From positions 1 to 40,374 of the IMG/VR virus record IMGVR_UViG_3300049795_000021: 40,374 nucleotides of DNA. One strand, given 5' to 3'. Position numbers and translations under genes: made by a program. The notes below the pieces were generated by a model. That model saw only the letters and a list, made by a program, of their open reading frames with translations. It did no database searches and was not told the origin of the DNA. The DNA comes from a virus. The stretch's first letter is position 1, and each line of letters starts with the position of its first letter. Shown here piece by piece: positions 31,410 to 38,732 of the stretch.

Positions 31410-32172
31410 TGCCGACGATCGCAAGTACGTGCGCGTCTACTACAACGACCTGATCCGGGATTACCCGGACGTGTGGGCCGACAACGACCAGCTCGCCACC
31501 TGGCTCCGGCTGTTGGCGACAGCCGATCCGATGTGGCCGACCCCTCCCGAACTGCCGCGGTCCGTGAAGCCGCGCGTCCTCGGTAGGCTCGTCGACTCGT
31601 CGCTCGTCACGACCATCGCTGACAAGCGCTATCGGATGAAGGGGCTCGACGCCGAGCGAACGATGCGCGGGGATAAGGCCCGCAGTGCAGCCGCAATGCG
31701 TTGGCATAGCAAAGGCACATCCGATGGCAATGCGGAAGCCATGCCTAAACGAGAACGAGCAGAGACAAGCAGAGACGAGCCAACAGCGCGCGACGGACTG
31801 CCGAGCCTTGACCATGACGCCATTGCCGCTCTGGAGGATCGGACTGGGCAAATCTGGAGCCAAGCCGGTGAGAAGCAGCTAGGGGAATACGACCGCCTCG
31901 TCGGAACCCACGGACTCGTCAAGGTCATCGCCGCGTTCGATGCGGTCAGTCGTGGAACCAAGATGACGGCCCGGCAACTCATCTGGCCGGCGCTCCGCAT
32001 CCTCGAGCCCTTCCCTGATCTGGCCGTCGTTGAGAAAGAGGACGACGCCGAGCACGCCGCCATCGCGACCCGGCGGTCCGTGGAGAACACCCAGCGCCGC
32101 CTCCACGAGAACGGCGCGCACCAGGACGAACCGCGGCCTAACTGTCCGTCCTGTCAGGGAGTCGCATCGTGA
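31402..32172 (+). CDS. Hypothetical DNA-binding / possible replication-organiser-like protein
   Basis: 256 aa from ATG 31402. The N-terminal domain KYVRVYYNDLIRDYPDVWADNDQLATWLRLL looks winged-helix-like. The function is an inference from position only. Confidence 0.45.
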   Translation: MPNADDRKYVRVYYNDLIRDYPDVWADNDQLATWLRLLATADPMWPTPPELPRSVKPRVLGRLVDSSLVTTIADKRYRMKGLDAERTMRGDKARSAAAMRWHSKGTSDGNAEAMPKRERAETSRDEPTARDGLPSLDHDAIAALEDRTGQIWSQAGEKQLGEYDRLVGTHGLVKVIAAFDAVSRGTKMTARQLIWPALRILEPFPDLAVVEKEDDAEHAAIATRRSVENTQRRLHENGAHQDEPRPNCPSCQGVAS

Positions 32173-32186
32173 ATCAGGAGGACGGC

Positions 32187-32456
32187 ATGAGCGAACTCAT
32201 TGAGATTGAGTGGGACGCGGAATATCAGTCGCCAGATGCCATTCGTCGGCATTTGGCCCGGCTTCGGACAGCAAATCCCGACTTCGCGGCCATCCACCGG
32301 ATTGGGTTTCGTGAAGCGAGGCGAATGGCCGGTGAGGGTTTCTTCGATCCGTGTGAACGATGCGGCCATGAACGCCTCGCGCACTACGACGACGGTAATT
32401 GCGGGGAACCTGAATGTCCGTCGCACTGCGCCGCGTTCGCCAGGAGGACGGCATGA
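32187..32456 (+). CDS. Hypothetical Cys/His-containing small protein
   Basis: ATG preceded by AGGAGGA. 89 aa. It shares the 17-nt initiation block CAGGAGGACGGCATGAG with the next gene. Confidence 0.55.
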   Translation: MSELIEIEWDAEYQSPDAIRRHLARLRTANPDFAAIHRIGFREARRMAGEGFFDPCERCGHERLAHYDDGNCGEPECPSHCAAFARRTA

Positions 32457-32734
32457 GTAGCCCCACAGTGACCGACGACGAACCCCGGACGGAGGCGGGG
32501 CGGCGGTTGGCGAACACGCTGGCGGTCGGCAGTCGGCTATCGCGGGATATCTCGTTCCCGAACGCCGACGATGACATCACCACCATCGAGGCCGAGGCCC
32601 GGTCCGCTGCGCTCACCGAGGTCGAGGAAGCCGTCGCCGGACTGACGTTCGATGCGGGCACAAGCACTAAGCACTACTGGGAGAACGCGATCCAAAGACG
32701 TGTCCTCGCTGCGATCACGGGACTCCGGCGATGA
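32453..32734 (+). CDS. Paralog-array protein 1 (N-terminal MSSP..., C-terminal AAITGLRR)
   Basis: ATGA overlap. 93 aa. The C-terminus and gene junction are identical over 28-29 nt to those of the next gene. Confidence 0.55.
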   Translation: MSSPTVTDDEPRTEAGRRLANTLAVGSRLSRDISFPNADDDITTIEAEARSAALTEVEEAVAGLTFDAGTSTKHYWENAIQRRVLAAITGLRR

Positions 32735-33012
32735 CCCCAGATCGGCCGCCGCAGTGGTTCCTCGACGAGGCGGCGCGCCAAGGAACTCCTGATCCCGTGG
32801 TTCCGAGTAGCCCGGGCGAGTCGTCGGCCTCGGCGCTGCCGATCGGCTCCGGCCTGACGGCCGAGGAGATCGTCGCGGTGTACGTCGGCTCGCTGCGAGC
32901 ACCAGACGTCATGCACGACCTGATCGCTGCCGGGTACACCGTCTGCGGTCCGGACTGCGAATGCTCTTGCCTGCGGTCCGAAGCCGCTGCGATCACGGGA
33001 CTCCGGCGATGA
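32731..33012 (+). CDS. Paralog-array protein 2 (internal SSPGES, C-terminal AAITGLRR)
   Basis: ATGA overlap. 93 aa. Confidence 0.55.
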   Translation: MTPDRPPQWFLDEAARQGTPDPVVPSSPGESSASALPIGSGLTAEEIVAVYVGSLRAPDVMHDLIAAGYTVCGPDCECSCLRSEAAAITGLRR

Positions 33013-33263
33013 CGTCGAGTAGCCTGGACCCCGCTCGCGGTCCCAACTTCGATCCCCACGCGGCCCGCCCGAGTAGCCCCGACCAGCTGACGGCCGAGGA
33101 GGCGCCGGTCGTAGGCGACACAACGTTCATGGAGAACGTTCGAGAGGCGCTGTCGAACGGCTACGAAAGGGTGTGCGCCCACTGCGGCATCGGGACGGCT
33201 GGCGACGACATGGACATCCACGAGCGGCGCTGCCCCGAGTTCGACGAGAGGGTGCTGCGATGA
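33009..33263 (+). CDS. Paralog-array protein 3 (MTSSSLDP..., internal SSPDQLT)
   Basis: ATGA overlap. 84 aa. Contains CAHC ... C, possibly zinc-binding. Confidence 0.55.
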   Translation: MTSSSLDPARGPNFDPHAARPSSPDQLTAEEAPVVGDTTFMENVREALSNGYERVCAHCGIGTAGDDMDIHERRCPEFDERVLR

Positions 33264-33742
33264 CGCCGAGTAGCCCGGACCCGCTGACGGCCCACGCCCG
33301 CGTCCACGAGGCCATCGAGGTGTCGCTCCAAGAGTCGGGATACACGTACAGCCCGCGTCTGTCACGGGCCGCCGACGCCGCGGCGAGCGCTGCTCTCGCC
33401 GCCCTCCCCGCCCCACCCGACCACCGGCTACGGGAGGCGGAACGGTTGCTGCGAGCCGCAGGACGCGGTGATTGGGGCCAACTTCCCGGTCGGGTATGGA
33501 ATGAGATCGACGCCGCCCTCTCGGAGGCCACCCCCGAGTCCGCGATGTGCGTTTGCGGAGCGAACCCGCCGAGGCGTCCGTGGACAGAGGGTGCGAACGA
33601 CGACCTCTGTCGCGACGGCAATGGCAACTTCTTGCCCGGACACAGATACCTCTCGGAGGCCATCCCCAGCCCCGACCCCGAGATCGCCAGCCTCCGCGCC
33701 GCCCTCGACCCCAGCCCGGAAGGAACGTCTGATGCCAAGTAG
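33260..33742 (+). CDS. Paralog-array protein 4 (MTPSSPDPLT..., carries LSEAIPSPDPEIASLRAALD)
   Basis: ATGA overlap. 160 aa. Its stop is the TAG inside the next AGTAGCCCGGACCCGCTG motif. Confidence 0.55.
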   Translation: MTPSSPDPLTAHARVHEAIEVSLQESGYTYSPRLSRAADAAASAALAALPAPPDHRLREAERLLRAAGRGDWGQLPGRVWNEIDAALSEATPESAMCVCGANPPRRPWTEGANDDLCRDGNGNFLPGHRYLSEAIPSPDPEIASLRAALDPSPEGTSDAK

Positions 33743-34316
33743 CCCGGACCCGCTGCCGCCCGCGCTGGCGTCGGTTCTGAGTGAGACGTACGGACAGGCC
33801 GTCGCTGCCCTCGATCGGGAGCACGGCAATCGGGTAGCGACGCGCGTTGATTGGCTCTCCGATGCCGATTACGTTCTCGCCGCCCTCTCGGAGGCCACCC
33901 CCAGCCCCGACCCCGAGATCGCCAGCCTCCGCGCCGCCCTCGACGAATGCCGCCAGCACCACGCCGACACCCTCGCCGGACTCGACCCGCACACCGGCCC
34001 CAGCCTCGACCCGACCCGGCACGAGCATCGGCCCGAGTACCCGTCGTCCTGTACCGGCTGTGAGCATCTAGCTGCTGACCTTGCATCGCGATTGCCGCCC
34101 GGACTCCTGCCCAGCCCCGACCCAGCCCTCGACGTGGCATGGCGCGAGGCTGAGGCACTCGACGCTGGCGGAGTCAGTGTCCGTCGGTGGGCGTACAACA
34201 CCGGAGCGGACTTCGAGGCGTTCATCGGCGGCCACCACGACATCGGACCGACCCCGACCGAGGCGATCCGCGCCGCAATGGCTAGCCTCGCCTCCCAGAC
34301 CCCGGAGCCATCGTGA
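33732..34316 (+). CDS. Paralog-array protein 5 (MPSSPDPLP..., carries LSEATPSPDPEIASLRAALD)
   Basis: 194 aa. It overlaps the upstream gene by 11 nt. Confidence 0.55.
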   Translation: MPSSPDPLPPALASVLSETYGQAVAALDREHGNRVATRVDWLSDADYVLAALSEATPSPDPEIASLRAALDECRQHHADTLAGLDPHTGPSLDPTRHEHRPEYPSSCTGCEHLAADLASRLPPGLLPSPDPALDVAWREAEALDAGGVSVRRWAYNTGADFEAFIGGHHDIGPTPTEAIRAAMASLASQTPEPS

Positions 34317-34585
34317 GCACGGAGCGCCGCATTCTGAAGTTCGTCCTGCGACCTGAGACAACGACTATCGAGACGGCCGACGAGCCGCGCTTCCTCTCCG
34401 TCGGCTGGCAGGGCAACGACCTCTGCGTGTGGGCCGAGGCCACCGTCGGGACTGGCGTCACGACGTGGCTTGGGGCGATCCCGACAGGCGCGTATCCGCC
34501 CGACGACGGCGAGTACGTCGGCACGGCCCAAACCGAGGCGTTCGGTCAACGCCTCGTCTTCCACGTGTACCGACGGCTCTCGTGA
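34313..34585 (+). CDS. Conserved-looking phage hypothetical protein (beta-rich)
   Basis: GTGA overlap. 90 aa: RILKFVLRPETTTIETADEPRFLSVGWQGNDLCVWAEA ... GTAQTEAFGQRLVFHVY. Confidence 0.6.
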   Translation: MSTERRILKFVLRPETTTIETADEPRFLSVGWQGNDLCVWAEATVGTGVTTWLGAIPTGAYPPDDGEYVGTAQTEAFGQRLVFHVYRRLS

Positions 34586-34989
34586 GCAACCCCCACATCC
34601 CGCTCATCTCCGACCAGGAGCGCGAGCTCATCGGCATCGGTCACGTCCGCGCTTGGAACGAGCACGACGCCTACTGCCCCGGTTACGGCCTTGACGTGGA
34701 TCACGACGGCCTGTGCCGCGAGCAACCCGGCTATCCCATGCGCCCCGGCGACCCCGACCCGTTGAGCATCGCCGGCCCCGAGGAGATCGACGAGAACGCC
34801 GTTCTTCTGAGGCGTCTTGACGGGTGGACCGAAGGCAATCACGACACCGGCCCGCTGATTCGATGGGCCGCCGCCCATCTTCGGGGTTGTGTCACCGCAC
34901 CTCGCGACCGCCTGCCGGTCCTCGCCGCGATCGCCGCCACTCTCGCCCTGCTCGTCATCGCGTTTGCCGTTGGGCGGCTGACGACGTGA
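34582..34989 (+). CDS. Hypothetical protein with a C-terminal TM anchor
   Basis: GTGA overlap. 135 aa. C-terminus LPVLAAIAATLALLVIAFAVG. Confidence 0.55.
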   Translation: MSNPHIPLISDQERELIGIGHVRAWNEHDAYCPGYGLDVDHDGLCREQPGYPMRPGDPDPLSIAGPEEIDENAVLLRRLDGWTEGNHDTGPLIRWAAAHLRGCVTAPRDRLPVLAAIAATLALLVIAFAVGRLTT

Positions 34990-35330
34990 GCGAAGCCGCG
35001 ACGCCGCGACCGTGGACGCACCGGCCGAACCACAAGCCGTACCACATCGTCGTGTTCGGGGGCCGGAAGGCATACGAGGAAGGGCTGACCACTAGCGACA
35101 TTCTCGCCGCCGATGCCGCCCTGATCGTCGAAGCCGTCAACGCCTATGATCGTCTCCGGGCCATCGAGGTAGCGGCACGAGATGCCTTCGACTGGCTCCA
35201 TACCGAGTGCTACCCGGACGGCGCTGAATATGCCGGCCAAGGGCATCTCTGGAGCATGAGTCGGTCTAACCTCGCGCGCGTCGAGGCGGTCGTCTCCGCC
35301 CTCCGCGCCGCTCTGGACTCCAAGCCGTGA
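34986..35330 (+). CDS. Hypothetical protein
   Basis: GTGA overlap. 114 aa. Confidence 0.55.
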   Translation: MSEAATPRPWTHRPNHKPYHIVVFGGRKAYEEGLTTSDILAADAALIVEAVNAYDRLRAIEVAARDAFDWLHTECYPDGAEYAGQGHLWSMSRSNLARVEAVVSALRAALDSKP

Positions 35331-35497
35331 AGCTCGCCCACATCCTCGTCGGCGGGGGCTTCACCGTGTGTCTGCTCGCGGCGTTCCCGCTGGCCGCCGC
35401 GGACTGGTTGCCGCGCTCGATCCAGCTGCTGATCGGCTCGATGGCCCTGATCGCGGGCGTCTGCCTGGTCGAGGTAGAGGGCTGGGTGCGGCGGTGA
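35327..35497 (+). CDS. Small 2-TM membrane protein
   Basis: GTGA overlap. The 56-aa product is VKLAHILVGGGFTVCLLAAFPLAAADWLPRSIQLLIGSMALIAGVCLVEVEGWVRR. It was not in the ORF track because it is under 60 aa. Confidence 0.5.
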   Translation: MKLAHILVGGGFTVCLLAAFPLAAADWLPRSIQLLIGSMALIAGVCLVEVEGWVRR

Positions 35498-35577
35498 GCG
35501 TCGAGCCCAGGACGGCGAGAGTCGGTCACGTAATCGGCGCGACAGTGCCACTCGGCATTTGGCGGAACAGGTACGGC

Positions 35578-35607
35578 GGTCGCTCCGGGACTTCTCCGGG
35601 AGCGACT
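35578..35607. terminator. Imperfect GC-rich hairpin between convergent genes. Candidate bidirectional terminator.
   Basis: GTCGCTCC ... GGAGCGAC form an 8-bp stem around GGGACTTCTCCG. It lies between the + strand stop (35497) and the - strand stop (35629). Confidence 0.35.
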
Positions 35608-35628
35608 GGCCGCACACCACGCAACGCT

Positions 35629-35892
35629 TCACTCGCTGATCCAATCGCCAAGCTGGTCCTTCCGGCAGTCGGGGCAGAACCGGTGCCCGCTCTGGAACGC
35701 CGGCGTCTCGCCCAGATATTCGGGGTACCGATCGCCGGGACGGATGACGTTCGGACACCATCGACCGTGTTCGTGGCCAGCCGTCCCAAAGGGCTGATCT
35801 CCCGGATGGTCGTGGTAGCTCAGGTGGCAGTCGCAACGCCACTCCTTGCGCGCCGTGCGGATGATGGTCTGCGCGTCGTTGCTCGTCAGCAT
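35629..35892 (-). CDS. Cys/His-rich (zinc-binding-like) small protein on the reverse strand with its own promoter
   Basis: 87 aa: MLTSNDAQTIIRTARKEWRCDCHLSYHDHPGDQPFGTAGHEHGRWCPNVIRPGDRYPEYLGETPAFQSGHRFCPDCRKDQLGDWISE. Strong RBS AAGGAGAG and a consensus promoter lie upstream. The composition is unlike antisense artefacts. Confidence 0.7.
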   Translation of the reverse strand: MLTSNDAQTIIRTARKEWRCDCHLSYHDHPGDQPFGTAGHEHGRWCPNVIRPGDRYPEYLGETPAFQSGHRFCPDCRKDQLGDWISE

Positions 35893-35912
35893 GACTCTCC
35901 TTCGGTTACGCT

Positions 35913-35942
35913 TGTCTACGTCAAGTGTAACATACCTGTCAA
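35913..35942 (-). promoter_or_regulatory. Sigma-A-like promoter P2 on the minus strand (TTGACA-18 nt-TAGACA)
   Basis: The minus strand reads TTGACAGGTATGTTACACTTGACGTAGACA, then a 20-nt leader with AAGGAGAG, then ATG (35892). It has the same -35, spacing and GGTAT after the -35 as P1 at 25388. Confidence 0.65.
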
Positions 35943-35957
35943 GCTGGTACTTTCCGC

Positions 35958-36119
35958 ATGACCCTCCCCCACAACCTCGACGAGGCGATGGCGTTCCTGG
36001 GCTCCCTCACGCCCGCCGACCTCGCCAACCTCCGTCTCGGCCTCGTCACGGTCCTCGTCATCGTGGCGGCTACCGGGCTGCTGGTCTGGGCGCTGGCGAA
36101 GGTGGCACGACGTGGGTGA
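35958..36119 (+). CDS. Small membrane protein
   Basis: 53 aa: MTLPHNLDEAMAFLGSLTPADLANLRLGLVTVLVIVAATGLLVWALAKVARRG. The upstream sequence cTGgTACTTTccgcATG resembles an extended -10 and the P1 start context ACTTCCCGCATG. An alternative start at M11 has a GAGG RBS. Confidence 0.5.
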   Translation: MTLPHNLDEAMAFLGSLTPADLANLRLGLVTVLVIVAATGLLVWALAKVARRG

Positions 36120-36396
36120 GCCGCAGCCATGGCCGGGTGATGCAGGCTGGCCCGAGGACTGTTTCCGCGCCGCTGAGGACGCGTGGGACAGGCTTGACCA
36201 TGCGCTGCGCTTCGCCGCGCGGGCCGGCATGCCTACTCATGCCGTTCTCGCCCTGCACCGGCCACTCATCGAGGCAGCGATCCTCGGCGAGCCGGACCCG
36301 CGAGACTTCAACGCCCTGATCTTTGACGAGCAGCGGGCGGCCATGGCCCGTTACCGGCGTCAGTGGGCCGCCGACGCTGCGGCAGGGCACCCGTGA
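36112..36396 (+). CDS. Hypothetical protein
   Basis: GTG start overlapping the upstream gene end. 94 aa. Confidence 0.5.
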   Translation: MGEPQPWPGDAGWPEDCFRAAEDAWDRLDHALRFAARAGMPTHAVLALHRPLIEAAILGEPDPRDFNALIFDEQRAAMARYRRQWAADAAAGHP

Positions 36397-36785
36397 GCGC
36401 CTACTTGACCATCGCCGAAACCGCCCGCGCGCTCAACGTCTCGACACGCACGGTTCGCCGCGAGATCGCCGACCGCTGTTGCCGAGCTGCCGGAACGTCA
36501 GGTCAGCTCCACGTATGCGCATTTGGCTCCGGGAGTTGCCCGGTCGGCGGTCGGCTCGCTGAACGTGAGGAAGCCGGGATGACGGAGTGGGCCGACGCGG
36601 TCATCGAGGCGCTGACCAGCGAGGACGAGATCGGTCACGGCGAGGCCGTCAAGGACGGGCCGGACGGATACGTTCGCCTCGGTGTCTGCGCCTACTGCGA
36701 CGGCGAGTGGCCCTGCCGGACCCAGCGTGGGATCGACAGGTTGCTCGCTGCCGTGGCATCGCTGAATCGGAGGAAGCCGGGATGA
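36393..36785 (+). CDS. HTH (MerR/excisionase-like, HTH_17-type) DNA-binding protein. It may really be two genes, 36393..~36570 and 36579..36785.
   Basis: GTGA overlap. The N-terminus is YLTIAETARALNVSTRTVRREIAD. There is no in-frame stop before 36785. An internal RBS+ATG block (GAGGAAGCCGGGATGACG) at 36566-36584 is duplicated at 36769-36787. Confidence 0.45.
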   Translation: MSAYLTIAETARALNVSTRTVRREIADRCCRAAGTSGQLHVCAFGSGSCPVGGRLAEREEAGMTEWADAVIEALTSEDEIGHGEAVKDGPDGYVRLGVCAYCDGEWPCRTQRGIDRLLAAVASLNRRKPG

Positions 36786-37087
36786 CGAGTAGCCCAAACC
36801 CGCTGACATGCAAGCACGAAGGCGGCTGGCGGCGGGACTCCAATGACTTCACGTGGTGCGTCGACTGTGAACGCTGGCGGGACGACATCATGCGTGAACA
36901 CTGCTATCCGCCGTCGGATAGCCCGGACCCGCTTCCACGGCAACGCCTCGGATGGTGGCCCCGCAATGCCTTTGGACCCGACGTGGAGGCGGCAGGGCAC
37001 CCCGACCCTATGTCCGAGGAAGACTGGTACACGATGGCCGACTCTGCGCTCGCCGCGATCCCATCGACTCGGCTCATCTCGTCATGA
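36782..37087 (+). CDS. Paralog-family protein (MTSSPNPLT..., internal SDSPDPLP), Cys-rich
   Basis: ATGA overlap. 101 aa. It carries the same AGTAGCCC-type motif as the 32453-34316 array. Confidence 0.55.
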   Translation: MTSSPNPLTCKHEGGWRRDSNDFTWCVDCERWRDDIMREHCYPPSDSPDPLPRQRLGWWPRNAFGPDVEAAGHPDPMSEEDWYTMADSALAAIPSTRLISS

Positions 37088-37356
37088 GCCTGTTCACGCG
37101 CCTTCGCAGGAAGCCAGCCGCGCCGCGGCCGTACATGAGCGGCACCCTAAACCAGATGGTCCACGATCTCCGTCAGCGCCGTGCGGAAATCGCGGCGGCC
37201 GAACCCGAGTCGCTCGTGCTGTTCTGGCGGCCTGGCCAGGAACTAGCGAATATGCGAACCGAGGGCGAAGCCATTCGACGATTGGCGCTTGCCGAGTGCG
37301 ACGACCTGATTCGTGAGGCCACAGCACCGTTTCCGAGCCGTTTGGCAGCACCATAG
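37084..37356 (+). CDS. Hypothetical protein
   Basis: ATGA overlap. 90 aa. Last gene before the 330-bp non-coding region. Confidence 0.5.
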   Translation: MSLFTRLRRKPAAPRPYMSGTLNQMVHDLRQRRAEIAAAEPESLVLFWRPGQELANMRTEGEAIRRLALAECDDLIREATAPFPSRLAAP

Positions 37357-37687
37357 GCAGCAATGACCCCTGATTCCCCGTTCCCACGCACGCTAGTACC
37401 TATACTGCCGGAATAGGTACCAGTGACCGGGGTTGAGCGTGGGCGTGCGTGATTCTAGGCTGATTCGTGAGGGCATCTGTGCCACGTTAGGACAGGTTGT
37501 GCCAATTTTTGATCCGACAGGCAGCACCTATAGCCAGCCGGCCAATCCGCAGATACGCTGTCACCCGTGGACAATCCCGTTGCCCGCTTCATGCCCCGTT
37601 GGGCCGTGGTCGTCTGGTGGATGACGAGCCACATCAGCAACCGCATCTGGCACTGGTTCCCCTATCGATTCCGGGACCGCTGGGCGC
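37357..37687. other. Largest non-coding region. Lower GC, with inverted and direct repeats. Candidate regulatory, origin or packaging region.
   Basis: No ORF here has genome-typical GC3. Inverted repeat GTACCTAT (37396-37403) / ATAGGTAC (37413-37420). TGATTC appears twice at 11-bp spacing (37450, 37461). There is a T5 run and CCCGTTG appears twice. Confidence 0.55.
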
Positions 37688-37975
37688 ATGAATGGACCCA
37701 AGCACACGCCAAATGGCGTGCCGCTGGTCGGCCCGATGCGTAAGGCTCGCCTCCTGACCTCGGCCGGACCCCTCCACCCGGCCGCCTCCGACTCCCCCGC
37801 CGACGTCCCAGCGAACGTCGGCGGGGCTCCCATCGACGACGCCATTGAGAGCATCCGACAGCGTGATGAACGCGATGCGATCGCCGCCGAGATTCGCAAT
37901 CGCTTGGACGAGGCGTTCATTGACCTCATCGTCGGACCCTTCGGACGGTCTCCTCATCAGGCGCGTCGTGGATGA
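37688..37975 (+). CDS. Hypothetical protein
   Basis: 95 aa. First ORF after the non-coding region. No obvious RBS. Confidence 0.45.
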   Translation: MNGPKHTPNGVPLVGPMRKARLLTSAGPLHPAASDSPADVPANVGGAPIDDAIESIRQRDERDAIAAEIRNRLDEAFIDLIVGPFGRSPHQARRG

Positions 37976-38505
37976 CGCAACCGGATCTCGACCCGATTAC
38001 GGGACCAGCGCCCGCTACGTTGACGAACGCATTGCTCGCGGAACGGTTGGCGGCCGAACGGGCGTTGCGGGAGCAATCCGAGCGCTTCCTGGCGGAGGAC
38101 TTCGGCGAGTTCAAGGTCGAAATCCAGCGGCGGCTGAGCGAGTTGAACCACGCCGGTCAACTCGCCGTCGAGGCGCAGGCCCGGACGGTGCCGCGTGAGC
38201 TGTTCGACGCCTTCGTCAAGGAGAACGACTCCCGGCGCGAGGCGTCATTCGCGGCCCTCGGCGCTCGCCTGGAGCAGTCCATCGATGCCGTCAAGCAGAC
38301 GCATCGGACAGCGGTCGACGGGCTCAGCGTCAGGATCGAGACCAACGTGACCGCCCTCGAATCCCAGATCGAGGTCGAACGGAACGCTCGGATTCGGGCA
38401 GAGGGTTCCGTCTCCGTCTGGCGGTTCATCGCCGTCTTCCTCGGCTTCCCCGGCGTCGTTGGGCTGATCCTCGCGGCGATCGCCCTGTTCGGCCCGAAGA
38501 CGTGA
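37972..38505 (+). CDS. Coiled-coil protein with a C-terminal TM anchor
   Basis: ATGA overlap. 177 aa. Long helical region, then WRFIAVFLGFPGVVGLILAAIALFG. Confidence 0.6.
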   Translation: MTQPDLDPITGPAPATLTNALLAERLAAERALREQSERFLAEDFGEFKVEIQRRLSELNHAGQLAVEAQARTVPRELFDAFVKENDSRREASFAALGARLEQSIDAVKQTHRTAVDGLSVRIETNVTALESQIEVERNARIRAEGSVSVWRFIAVFLGFPGVVGLILAAIALFGPKT

Positions 38506-38509
38506 CGAC

Positions 38510-38731
38510 GTGACCGTGATGGAGGACCACTCGGTCGTCGCTCTGCTCCGTCGATTGGAGATCCAGCGCGACGCCCGCCGCGACTACCTCGCCGACGCCG
38601 AACGGCTGGACGCGCTGGCCCGTGAGCACTACCGCGCGGAGGAGATCGCCGCTGGCGACCGGGCGCACTACTGGGCGCTGTGGCTGACTGCGGCTGCTGA
38701 GGCCGAGATCGTGGACCCGGAGCCGCGATGA
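38510..38731 (+). CDS. Hypothetical helical protein
   Basis: GTG start. 73 aa. Confidence 0.5.
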   Translation: MTVMEDHSVVALLRRLEIQRDARRDYLADAERLDALAREHYRAEEIAAGDRAHYWALWLTAAAEAEIVDPEPR

Positions 38732-38732
38732 G

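Noticed and set aside
32715-34158. Long minus-strand ORFs (450 aa and 343 aa) across the paralog array
   Set aside because: They are R/G/P-rich antisense frames crossing several well-coupled + strand genes. They have no RBS or promoter.
35368-35961. 197-aa + strand ORF overlapping the reverse-strand Cys/His gene and its promoter
   Set aside because: It has an R/G-rich composition and would run through the terminator hairpin and the divergent promoter region. The minus-strand gene has a consensus promoter, a strong RBS and protein-like composition.
37357-37687. tRNA or small protein genes in the low-GC intergenic island
   Set aside because: I could not find an acceptor-stem/T-loop (GGTTCGAAT-like) arrangement by eye. 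The three candidate ORFs have A/T-rich third positions unlike all confident genes. The region is kept as a non-coding finding instead.
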